Source: a virus
Taxonomy: Duplodnaviria; Caudoviricetes
DNA length: 64,000 nucleotides
IMG/VR virus record: IMGVR_UViG_3300028591_000073
Location: 230,549-294,548 of that record
Reading direction: 5' to 3' (one strand)
The position numbers were made by a program, and so were the translations under genes. Shown here one piece after another: positions 40,020 through 48,756 of the stretch; the first letter of the stretch is position 1; every line of letters begins with the position of its first letter. Below the pieces are notes generated by a model. It searched no databases and was not told the DNA's origin. It was given only the letters and a program-made list of their open reading frames with translations.

Positions 40020-41534
40020 TTATTCTTCCATTTTCGTCAATCCATACAAACCATTCAAACATTCAATGGTACATGGAAACATGGTTCGACATTCCATTCG
40101 GATATTATATAATTTAGATCGCATCAGTTTGTCCGCTTGTGCCGTTGCTTCATCCGACCAGATACCCGTGCTCTTAACCGTATCCCCATCATAGTCACCA
40201 CCAATTGCTTTTAAACGTGCATTGGATGGTGTTAAGGTATCTGCAAATAATGTTGACACTTTCATGTGATCCAAATTGGGATCCACAACGGGATATGATG
40301 TGTAAGTATCTCCTTGCCACTGCATCACAGTTGTCGTTGTCGTTGATAATAATACCGGATATGTGAAGAAAGCACCATAGTGGTCACCCATCGGATATCG
40401 ACAACAATACACCATCTTTCCAGCATCAATGACACCTCTCCGGCAACATATAAAAATTGCATCCGTCAATGTCAATGGACGACTGACATGTTGATTGTTC
40501 TTCACATCAAATCCTTCGAATATGATGGGTTTGGTATTTTCTGCATCCAAATACATGATACGGAAACGTGCACCGGGGTTCTTCTCATAGATCTTTATGA
40601 GTGTATCGATGGTTTGGTCATCATAGATATTTGCCAATACTTCAGAATCAATTTCATCCGGATTCGGATGTATCTGAGAAATATGAGAAAAAGAAAAGAA
40701 TTGTTTCATTTGGAATTTGATGAATGGGTTAAACATGGATACAATCGTATGCATGGGATATCCAGTATGATAGATACCAATCTCCGGATTGTCCGTGTTG
40801 TAATGTGGTGCGGAAATAACATTTCTTGCGGCAAATGATGTCGTTTTGGACATCATATGTTGTTGAAAGAATCCCGTCTTAGAGGATACCAAGTTATTGA
40901 TGTATTCATAAATTTGAATTACAAAGTTTTGGAATTTGCAATAAACTTGGTAAACATCCTTTGTGGTGGTATGTGATGTGACACTCTTTAAACCGATAAT
41001 GCCCATATAGATTGTATTTAATTCACTCTTTACCGGACGACCATTTCTTTCACCGACTGGTCTCATCGCAGGTGGTGCTACCAATACTTTATCATTGAAT
41101 AATAATTTCTTTGGTATCTTAGTTAAGATATCGATATTATCCTGAGAACGTGTATTCAATGTTTCTCGTATATTGATTCTATCCCAGATATTATACAAGT
41201 CAACCAATCCACAATATGGTCCTTCTTCATCTGCTTTTAAGATGCCATCTTCCGTTAAAGAACAACGTGTTTCTGCATATGCCATTTTCTTGATGATACC
41301 ACCACTTCTCATAATGATGGTTTTTGCAACATTGGGATTGAAAATATGAATGGGAAGTTTAATATATCCACATCTGTATTCTCGTTCACTATTGGTTTGA
41401 CCAAAGATTTCTTCTGAAAACAATCCTTGTGGATGGAATGTATTCTCAGTAATATAGATACGAGAGGATGTGACTTCTTTCAAATCATTGATCTTGATAG
41501 CTTGATCAATGTCGTATAATCCTTGAATCTTCAT
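40020..41534 (-). CDS. rpoC: RNA polymerase beta' subunit, N-terminal (catalytic) half, probably virion RNAP
   Basis: GLFSEEIFG, PPAMRP, ARNVISA, RYP and catalytic GGDYDGD. Confidence 0.9.
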   Translation of the reverse strand: MKIQGLYDIDQAIKINDLKEVTSSRIYITENTFHPQGLFSEEIFGQTNSEREYRCGYIKLPIHIFNPNVAKTIIMRSGGIIKKMAYAETRCSLTEDGILKADEEGPYCGLVDLYNIWDRINIRETLNTRSQDNIDILTKIPKKLLFNDKVLVAPPAMRPVGERNGRPVKSELNTIYMGIIGLKSVTSHTTTKDVYQVYCKFQNFVIQIYEYINNLVSSKTGFFQQHMMSKTTSFAARNVISAPHYNTDNPEIGIYHTGYPMHTIVSMFNPFIKFQMKQFFSFSHISQIHPNPDEIDSEVLANIYDDQTIDTLIKIYEKNPGARFRIMYLDAENTKPIIFEGFDVKNNQHVSRPLTLTDAIFICCRRGVIDAGKMVYCCRYPMGDHYGAFFTYPVLLSTTTTTVMQWQGDTYTSYPVVDPNLDHMKVSTLFADTLTPSNARLKAIGGDYDGDTVKSTGIWSDEATAQADKLMRSKLYNIRMECRTMFPCTIECLNGLYGLTKMEE

Positions 41535-41593
41535 TCATAATAATCTCCTTTCAAATAATAAAGTTACGAAAACGTTTGAAACATAAAAAGAGT

Positions 41594-41615
41594 GATGGGG
41601 CCATATGGCCCCATC
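41594..41615. terminator. CATATG-centred palindrome
   Basis: GATGGGGCCATATGGCCCCATC. Confidence 0.65.
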
Positions 41616-41770
41616 CAAAATGAAAAAATATAAAGGATTGTTTTTGCACATGTGAACACATTCACATGTGCCGAACTTTGTTAAATCAAATTAATTTAGT
41701 TCAGTTAAGGAAAGTATGCATGAATTGTCAATTGGACAACACATCATGAACTCTAATTACATGTATGGTT

Positions 41771-41827
41771 TTCTATTATTTTAATTTTTCATATGTATAT
41801 TATTTATATGATATAGAAATATATCAA
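41771..41827 (+). promoter_or_regulatory. Putative early promoter plus hairpin (copy 5)
   Basis: TTCTATTATTTTAATTTTTCA-TATGTATATTATTTATATGATATA-GAAA-TATATCAA. Confidence 0.72.
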
Positions 41828-41855
41828 TCATATTATATGAAAGGAGTTGTTCATA

Positions 41856-42044
41856 ATGAACAATCAAAATTCCATTATCAATAAAAAAGCGGCCGGTAAC
41901 ACTCAAAAACCGACCGCCAAAACACCCGACTCACGGATTGCTCCGTTGAGTCCACTATATTCCGGATACAGTAATGTCTGGTTTGTTGACTGGACGCATC
42001 CGGATGCTGCCCGCTTTATACCACTTCCAAACAAAATAAAGTGA
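41856..42044 (+). CDS. 62-aa early peptide, paralogue of 1256..1447
   Basis: SD AAAGGAG; core IAPLSPLYSGYSNVWFVDWTHPDAARFIPLP. Confidence 0.8.
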   Translation: MNNQNSIINKKAAGNTQKPTAKTPDSRIAPLSPLYSGYSNVWFVDWTHPDAARFIPLPNKIK

Positions 42045-42073
42045 GCTATTATATAGTAAGGAGGTGTGTAATA

Positions 42074-42421
42074 ATGTTTATTGATAATGAATTCATGCGT
42101 GAGCATTCTAATGATGCTTATGCCAGAATGCAAGAGGTACTTCGCGCACTGGCATATTATGTCCAGCGTGACTACTTCATTTATGACCCTGAAGCAATTG
42201 GCCGGGAGCTTCAGGTAATGCTTGCTTACCGGTACTCACCGTCATATTCCGAGATCACACTCGGAATACAAGATAATGATATCTTTGTCCTATTGGCCTC
42301 GGCATGGAGGCTGATGGGAATCCCGGATTCCGAATTAGTATCCGAGTGGAATCCGGGAATGTATGTTAAATTAGCCAAGTGGGTTTACGACTGGGCCCAC
42401 TTGACATTCTTCCGCTTCTAG
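42074..42421 (+). CDS. Hypothetical early protein
   Basis: SD AAGGAGGTG before MFIDNE. Confidence 0.7.
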   Translation: MFIDNEFMREHSNDAYARMQEVLRALAYYVQRDYFIYDPEAIGRELQVMLAYRYSPSYSEITLGIQDNDIFVLLASAWRLMGIPDSELVSEWNPGMYVKLAKWVYDWAHLTFFRF

Positions 42422-42434
42422 AGGAGGTGATCTT

Positions 42435-42872
42435 ATGCGGAATCAAAAAGATGATGTGGAACGGCTGATTGCCATCCACATTGTCTCCGCACAGATTGCC
42501 TCTGATGCGGGGAAAGGAATTTATGAGTTAGCGCCGTCGACTCATAAATTCCGCGCGCCACGTCATTTCAAATACACCGTCAAGACGTGGCATATCATGA
42601 CGGCAATCAACCTCATCAGAAATCATCAGACAGGTTTCAATTATTACTTGTCCGATATTGAAGATGACCAGAATGGTTTCGATTCCATTATCGCTTATTT
42701 CGATTTCAAGATCGATAACAAGCGATACCAGGTATCGTTCCATACTCCGTATTCTCAGATTCCACCTGAGATGATGGAGATGTCTGGGTCTGGAAGGAAA
42801 ACCAGATGGAGAAAAAATCACGAATCCTCCAGAGAATCGTGTGAAATGCTGATCCGGCATTTCAATCTTTAA
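42435..42872 (+). CDS. Hypothetical early protein (QVSFHTP motif)
   Basis: 145 aa, SD GAGGAGGTG. Confidence 0.7.
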   Translation: MRNQKDDVERLIAIHIVSAQIASDAGKGIYELAPSTHKFRAPRHFKYTVKTWHIMTAINLIRNHQTGFNYYLSDIEDDQNGFDSIIAYFDFKIDNKRYQVSFHTPYSQIPPEMMEMSGSGRKTRWRKNHESSRESCEMLIRHFNL

Positions 42873-42879
42873 GGAGGAT

Positions 42880-43215
42880 TGACCGAGCTGTATGTCGTTA
42901 AAAGAATAGCGTGTCTCGTGAAAAAGGATCTGATCATAATATCATTATCACATTTCGATGTGAATGAAATCTAGAAATGATCGAGATCAAAATAACGAGG
43001 ATCATCCCATGGGACTCACATTCCTGTGAGGGTTCCGGCGTCGACCTGAGAAGGGGTTGGTAGTGAAGAACATATTGAAAGTCATGTAAAAGGCGGCATG
43101 CGTCCTACACAACATCTGTTGGTAGGTTGTGATGAGTAGGTATTAGTATTTGCAAGCCGTGATTGCTTGCCTGATGTGACAGGGGTTGGTAACGCAGGGC
43201 CTGCACTGTGTATAA
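42880..43215 (+). ncRNA. Candidate structured ncRNA region beginning with pseudoknot PK5
   Basis: No ORF of 60 aa or more; nested stems with a UUCG loop and several other hairpins. Confidence 0.5.
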
Positions 43216-43310
43216 GAAAGGAGGTGGTTCCAATGGACTACTGATTTCATTCGAATATCCGAAAACTAACTGTCGTGAGACAGGTGTAAATTTACGAAGG
43301 AGGTGATACT

Positions 43311-43433
43311 ATGATGGACTTCGTAATTCAGGAGGCGTTGTCTCTGGGCTGGGACCCTGAGACAATGGACTTAGATGAATTCCTCGAACAGATGGAGAGT
43401 GGTGAGCTCTTCGTTGATGACGAGGAATTCTAA
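43311..43433 (+). CDS. 40-aa highly acidic protein (not in ORF track)
   Basis: SD AAGGAGGTGA; MMDFVIQEALSLGWDPETMDLDEFLEQMESGELFVDDEEF; followed by the hairpin at 43444-43463. Confidence 0.75.
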   Translation: MMDFVIQEALSLGWDPETMDLDEFLEQMESGELFVDDEEF

Positions 43434-43514
43434 ATTTAAACCCACCCCGGCACATGCCGGGGTTCTTTATTGGATCTGATCAAGATATTTATAGACTGCA
43501 GGAGGTAATGTATA

Positions 43515-43946
43515 ATGAAAACGATGAAATACTGGGGACTGTTCATCGGTCCTACAGAAATGGAAAAGCTCGGTATTTTCACCGAAACAGAACTGCATAT
43601 CACAATGCAGTACTTCGGTTTGACTGGTGGGTCGATTCCTGAACCTTTTGCGGAAGGTCAGGAATTCGAAATTACTGTCGACGGTGATGGCACATACATC
43701 GTTGATGGTGTTGTCATGAACACGGGATTACGTGTGCAGCTCCCGGATGTTCTGCGGTCAGTATTTGCATATACCGTACCCCACATCACAACATTCTTCA
43801 ATGAGGATGCTGGAGCAAAGGCAGTTGATACTGCCAAATGCACGTGGTATGACAGACTGCATATGACGACTCTGAAAGGAGTCGTTAAGGGCTTCTACGT
43901 AGAAGCCCTTGATGAAGACGAAGAATCGCAACACACTGATGAATGA
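43515..43946 (+). CDS. 2H phosphoesterase superfamily protein
   Basis: Two HxT motifs, LHITMQYFG and PHITTFF, in 143 aa. Confidence 0.7.
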   Translation: MKTMKYWGLFIGPTEMEKLGIFTETELHITMQYFGLTGGSIPEPFAEGQEFEITVDGDGTYIVDGVVMNTGLRVQLPDVLRSVFAYTVPHITTFFNEDAGAKAVDTAKCTWYDRLHMTTLKGVVKGFYVEALDEDEESQHTDE

Positions 43947-43964
43947 TTTAAGGAGGAATTTACA

Positions 43965-44420
43965 ATGTTAGAAAAACTCGCAATCAGAAAATTTGTGAAA
44001 GAAAACCCGACAATTAATTTCAGCAACAAAGAAGTTACTGATATTGAAGAAAAGTTCGCAAAATCTTTAAAGCTTTTGAGAACTCTCGGCTTAGTTAAGG
44101 TCTATGACTTGACAAAGGATGGAGACCTGCTTTTCAGCTATAAATCAGCAGCGGAGCCAGGCCCGGTCGCAGTCCAATGTAGAGCATTTTTCGAAGCATT
44201 GGACGAAGATGAAGATGTTGATGTTGACAATTATGACAATATTCACAATATAATTATAGAGGTGCGGACATCCCGCAGTAAACGGGAAGATTATCACGCA
44301 TCACTTTCGATTCCGTTAGAATTCGGGGGTACTTCCGTCTTCGATTATGAGGCGGATTACATCGGATTTGTATGTGATATCTTTGTCGCATTCAGATACG
44401 GATTCGGCTACTTGAAATAA
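43965..44420 (+). CDS. Hypothetical protein
   Basis: 151 aa, SD AAGGAGG. Confidence 0.7.
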   Translation: MLEKLAIRKFVKENPTINFSNKEVTDIEEKFAKSLKLLRTLGLVKVYDLTKDGDLLFSYKSAAEPGPVAVQCRAFFEALDEDEDVDVDNYDNIHNIIIEVRTSRSKREDYHASLSIPLEFGGTSVFDYEADYIGFVCDIFVAFRYGFGYLK

Positions 44421-44534
44421 GGATATCATGATGAATGATAATGGACGGGCTTATCCCGTCCATGTATCGTAAGAAAACACATCTTCCCCCGGGACATCCC
44501 GGGGGGGACACATTAAGAAAGTGAGGAAACGTAT

Positions 44535-45281
44535 ATGAAAAAATTCACATCAGAAGACGCATTGAAAAATGCGATTACAAATCTCGAGACCATCTTCAAT
44601 GACAAGAAAAGCGAGTACGAAGATACCGCCATTCTCTTCAATCAGGTCATCGATAAGTTCTCAGAACGATTCAATGTCACCGATGTACGCACATTTATTG
44701 GTGATATCGGTCAAATCAACCTTGCGGATATCGCAATTGATTTCGTGTATAATAAACGGAATTACCGATATTATCACGAGATTAATGTCACTGATGACAA
44801 ATGGCTCAGTCGAATGTTTCGTTCTGAGATTATCGATGTCTCGACAGGTCACGATATATCACATCTTAAGAACTTTTCAAACGATGACACCGATATTCCT
44901 TGGGAAGATTGGACTCACATTCATCTCATATTTGAGATGATGCGTTGGGAAACTCTTGATGACTACGATGAGATGAAAAATCTCCCGTACAAGAAATTCA
45001 TAAAGAATTATGTTATTTCGTATAGCGTTGAATGTTATCTCTGGGATGCTTATATTGTTGAGACAGATACCTTCAAATCCAAGATTGGCGTTCGAAAGAT
45101 TGCCGAACTTATCAGGATGAATCATCCAATCATGGGCCTTGTCCGGCAATATCCCGAGTTCAAGGAGGAATTCTGCAAACTCGTTGAATGTGCCAGAGAA
45201 CTCGGCATGCATGAGGACCAGCTCATCATATCCGAATTCACAACAACCATTCCGGACCCGGCCAATAAATGGGAACTGTAA
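44535..45281 (+). CDS. KWEL-family paralogue 1
   Basis: Ends ARELGMHEDQLIISEFTTTIPDPANKWEL. Confidence 0.8.
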   Translation: MKKFTSEDALKNAITNLETIFNDKKSEYEDTAILFNQVIDKFSERFNVTDVRTFIGDIGQINLADIAIDFVYNKRNYRYYHEINVTDDKWLSRMFRSEIIDVSTGHDISHLKNFSNDDTDIPWEDWTHIHLIFEMMRWETLDDYDEMKNLPYKKFIKNYVISYSVECYLWDAYIVETDTFKSKIGVRKIAELIRMNHPIMGLVRQYPEFKEEFCKLVECARELGMHEDQLIISEFTTTIPDPANKWEL

Positions 45282-45293
45282 TCAATATTAATT

Positions 45294-45309
45294 CCGGGCA
45301 TATGCCCGG
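45294..45309. terminator. CATATG-centred palindrome
   Basis: CCGGGCATATGCCCGG. Confidence 0.55.
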
Positions 45310-45393
45310 GATCCTTTTGGTTTGGAATCATACCATTCTGGAGTTGTTTTTGACGGATTCATGACTGATTCAATTTCTAAGGAGAAAATTATT

Positions 45394-46368
45394 ATGAATA
45401 AAGAAATCATGAAAAAATTATCTAGTCGATATGACGATATCGATGAAGAAATAAAGGAATTCATCAAAAAGAAAAACCATGAACGCGAACATGCAAAGGA
45501 AGTTGCGGAAGCGTGTCAAAAAGCTTACGATGAATTTATTGAAGCTTTGAAAGGGGTAATTGGTGATAATAGTGAGTACAAGGAAGATGAAGAGTGTTCT
45601 GATAAATTTATCATCAAGGATTCTATGACAGGAAATCCGGTATATGAGTATCGGATTTCGGTGTTAACATTCTTCCGGAGTGATAGTGATAGATGGGTAG
45701 ATGATGACGATTACCCATACCCATATTATGATGCATCTAAGATGCGAATTTATCTCCATTTCGCCCCACCCATTTCTGAATATTACGGAGAGACGATATT
45801 TGAATACAAGAGGTCTTCTAAAGGTGAAATGATATTCCAATCATTCGATTTGGAATCAAATATCACTTTTGCGTATCCTTTTAGGATCAGAGTCGGTGAT
45901 GAATGTCATGCTGTCTTCAATAATATTCGAAAATCCGACAAATTCAACTGGGAACACTTAGCCCAGTACCAGTGTCAAATGTTGAAACTAGAACTTGCAT
46001 TGGATGATTATGATGAGTTGTGTCGTTTTCGAATCATCTGTGATGGCAATACCATCCCTAAAGAATTCATAGATGTATTTGATACGTTGACAGCTCTGTC
46101 AAATAGGGATGAACACAGTTACATTGATATTGAAAATACGGTGAAAGGAGGAAATACCCCAATGATGGTCAAGCTACGAATCAGAGAGTGTGCCGAACTG
46201 ATAAAGTCGGCACTTCCATTCATGAACAATTTCCACACGCCATATTTCAAACAGAGACTATTGTGGATGGCTGAGGATGCCTGCAAACTTGGCTTGCATG
46301 AGGACCAGCTCATCATTACCGAGTTTGTCAGCACCATTCCTAACCCATCCGATAAATGGGAATTGTAA
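45394..46368 (+). CDS. KWEL-family paralogue 2
   Basis: SD AAGGAG before ATG 45394; ends ACKLGLHEDQLIITEFVSTIPNPSDKWEL. Confidence 0.8.
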   Translation: MNKEIMKKLSSRYDDIDEEIKEFIKKKNHEREHAKEVAEACQKAYDEFIEALKGVIGDNSEYKEDEECSDKFIIKDSMTGNPVYEYRISVLTFFRSDSDRWVDDDDYPYPYYDASKMRIYLHFAPPISEYYGETIFEYKRSSKGEMIFQSFDLESNITFAYPFRIRVGDECHAVFNNIRKSDKFNWEHLAQYQCQMLKLELALDDYDELCRFRIICDGNTIPKEFIDVFDTLTALSNRDEHSYIDIENTVKGGNTPMMVKLRIRECAELIKSALPFMNNFHTPYFKQRLLWMAEDACKLGLHEDQLIITEFVSTIPNPSDKWEL

Positions 46369-46442
46369 TCATCCATCATCCGTATAAGAATAGAGCTCTC
46401 CCTTCGGGGAGAGCCACACACATTAAGAAAGGATTTTTTATT

Positions 46443-47201
46443 ATGAATTATTTATCATGTGGAGATTGGCTCGAGTATAACGAAGTCGAAAAGATTAAGA
46501 AGTACTTCGACATCAAGGACGTTAAATATATCGGTTGTAACAATAAAGGAATCGTCGTTGATTTCTCATACAATAACCGCATGTACAGTTATCAACAACT
46601 GACGGATATGTTTGATGAGGATCGAATCTCCAATATGCGGGTGTTTGGTTTATGGAAAGCAAAATTCGGTATGCCGAAATCTATTGATATCGAGATCCGT
46701 GATCTTGAAACATCGATTGATATTACTGAAGAGCCACATCTTTTTGTTGCAGCAAACTCCCCGGTATCCAAAGAAATATTAAAGGATTGGAGATATATCA
46801 ATCTAATATTCATTCTAATCAGAATGGGTATTGATGATACAGATGGATGCAAATATCTTGAATCATTATCATACCAGGATTTCAAAAATGATTCCAAGGT
46901 GAAATCAGTCATTAATCTGGGGATATTGCGGTCATGTGAACTGTATATTGAAACTATCAATGATAATTATCCAGTAATGGATTTCCAAAAAGACTGGGTA
47001 TCGGATGGAATATACGTGGCATATTATCTCATCAAAATGAACCATCCGCTCATGGAAATGATTAAGAAGTATCCAGAATATAAACCGAGATTCTGCAAGG
47101 TCGTGGAAGTAGCACGACAACTCGGACTCCATGAAGAACAGCTTATCATATCTGAATTTACAGCTCTCATTCAGGACTCACCTGATAAATGGGAGTTGTA
47201 A
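46443..47201 (+). CDS. KWEL-family paralogue 3
   Basis: SD AAAGGA before ATG 46443; ends ARQLGLHEEQLIISEFTALIQDSPDKWEL. Confidence 0.8.
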   Translation: MNYLSCGDWLEYNEVEKIKKYFDIKDVKYIGCNNKGIVVDFSYNNRMYSYQQLTDMFDEDRISNMRVFGLWKAKFGMPKSIDIEIRDLETSIDITEEPHLFVAANSPVSKEILKDWRYINLIFILIRMGIDDTDGCKYLESLSYQDFKNDSKVKSVINLGILRSCELYIETINDNYPVMDFQKDWVSDGIYVAYYLIKMNHPLMEMIKKYPEYKPRFCKVVEVARQLGLHEEQLIISEFTALIQDSPDKWEL

Positions 47202-47229
47202 TAAATTATATCCAAGGAGGTTATTCAAT

Positions 47230-47922
47230 ATGAATAGACCAATCACAGAATTATTCTTGTTGATGTCTCTTGATGGAAAGATTTCCACAGGAGATTCGGA
47301 CAAATGGGATGTCGATAAAGACATCCCTCGCATTCCAGGTGACCCTGCCACAGGACTTCATCAGTATTATGAAGAAGAACAAGAAACGGCACTATGGTCT
47401 CTGAATTCCGGTAGAGTATTGGCAAAAGTTGGGGCAAACAATCCTAAACCGAAGCCAAACAAAATTCCAGTGACATTTGCTGTCATTGACAACCACCATC
47501 TGAAAGAGACAGCGGTTCGTCATTTCTCCCAGAAAGGAAAAGCATTAGTCATTATTACTTCGAATCCGGATCACCCCGGATATCGTTTACAGAATGAACT
47601 CAAGAATGTCAAGATGTTATCTTACTCAGGTACACTTAATCCAGAATGGATGTTTGCTCAATTCAAGAAATTAGGATGCAAAGAAATCACTATCCAGACT
47701 GGTGGTACACTCAATGAATTATTCCTCAGACATCATCTCATTGACAAAGTAAACATTATCATGTTCCCATGTTTAGTTGGTGGAAAGAATACTTCCACAC
47801 TCATTGATGGTTCCGGCATACACAATTTATCCGACATCGGCATATTAAAACTGACACAGTGTAAACCCCTCGAGAATTCCTATGTTCAGTTGCAGTATGA
47901 TGTCGTGAATGCGAAAAAGTAA
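47230..47922 (+). CDS. RibD C-terminal / dihydrofolate reductase-family protein
   Basis: MSLDGKIS, IQTGGTLN, LIDKVNIIMFPCLVGG; SD AAGGAGG. Confidence 0.85.
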   Translation: MNRPITELFLLMSLDGKISTGDSDKWDVDKDIPRIPGDPATGLHQYYEEEQETALWSLNSGRVLAKVGANNPKPKPNKIPVTFAVIDNHHLKETAVRHFSQKGKALVIITSNPDHPGYRLQNELKNVKMLSYSGTLNPEWMFAQFKKLGCKEITIQTGGTLNELFLRHHLIDKVNIIMFPCLVGGKNTSTLIDGSGIHNLSDIGILKLTQCKPLENSYVQLQYDVVNAKK

Positions 47923-47934
47923 TAATGTTAACAA

Positions 47935-47952
47935 CCCGGGCATATGCCCGGG
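47935..47952. terminator. CATATG-centred palindrome
   Basis: CCCGGGCATATGCCCGGG followed by a T-rich tract. Confidence 0.65.
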
Positions 47953-48057
47953 AATGTTTTTCTTGTATTCCACACATAGAAAACCGATCCTTCGTATATA
48001 TATTATTAATATGAATAAAATTCATATATACTCTGTTACACGAAGGGAGTTGATGAT

Positions 48058-48756
48058 ATGACGGAGTTAAATATGAAAATCAACCACATTCTGGATGAGA
48101 CAGTTCAAAATGGTGGCATAATTATCATTGGTACGGATTGGCATTTGTATCAATATGACAAACAAACGGGAGAGATTTCAATCAATCCCAATGCCAAAGC
48201 CAATATTAAATTGGCAACATATCTCTTGTCCGAAAGAGATACATTCCTGTTCCTCGGTGATATCGCTGACTCTGAATATGAAGGAACAGAAGCAGAAACC
48301 AATATCAGAAATATCTTCAAACAGTTTAACTGTAAACACAAGATTCTGGTGTTGGGGAACAACGATAGAATCGGAAATGATGATCTACCGGAAGAACGTA
48401 GATCAGGTTTCTATGAGACTATTTTCGATTCAGTAACCACATGTTTCGTATGGAATCATATCTTATTCAGTCATTGCTCTATGGCCGGCAATGATGAAAA
48501 GCTGAACATCCATGGCCACATGCATCGGGCTGGAACAGCCATTCGAGATGTTGCATACTATAATGCATTTGATAATCAGGTGAATGCATGTGCTCTCGGA
48601 CGCACAACCACGCTTGATGAAGTATTAAAGTTATCCACGTATTGGAAGACCATGACAGATGTTATCCACGGGAAATCAGAAAAGCCTGGATTCACGACAT
48701 GGCTAATCAACCAGTCGTGGAAGGAATATGAAAAGATTAAGAAAAACGCCGGATGA
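48058..48756 (+). CDS. Calcineurin-like metallophosphoesterase
   Basis: TDWH, LGD, LGNND, SH and IHGHMH motifs. Confidence 0.85.
   Translation: MTELNMKINHILDETVQNGGIIIIGTDWHLYQYDKQTGEISINPNAKANIKLATYLLSERDTFLFLGDIADSEYEGTEAETNIRNIFKQFNCKHKILVLGNNDRIGNDDLPEERRSGFYETIFDSVTTCFVWNHILFSHCSMAGNDEKLNIHGHMHRAGTAIRDVAYYNAFDNQVNACALGRTTTLDEVLKLSTYWKTMTDVIHGKSEKPGFTTWLINQSWKEYEKIKKNAG

Noticed and set aside
43238-43270. Hammerhead-like CTGA...CGAAA
   Set aside because: The core is CTGATTT rather than CTGANGA, and the flanking stems are missing.
43040-43285. rRNA-like words (CGACCTGAGA, GTCGTGAGACAG)
   Set aside because: Only 10-12 nt GNRA-type hairpin matches with no extended rRNA similarity.
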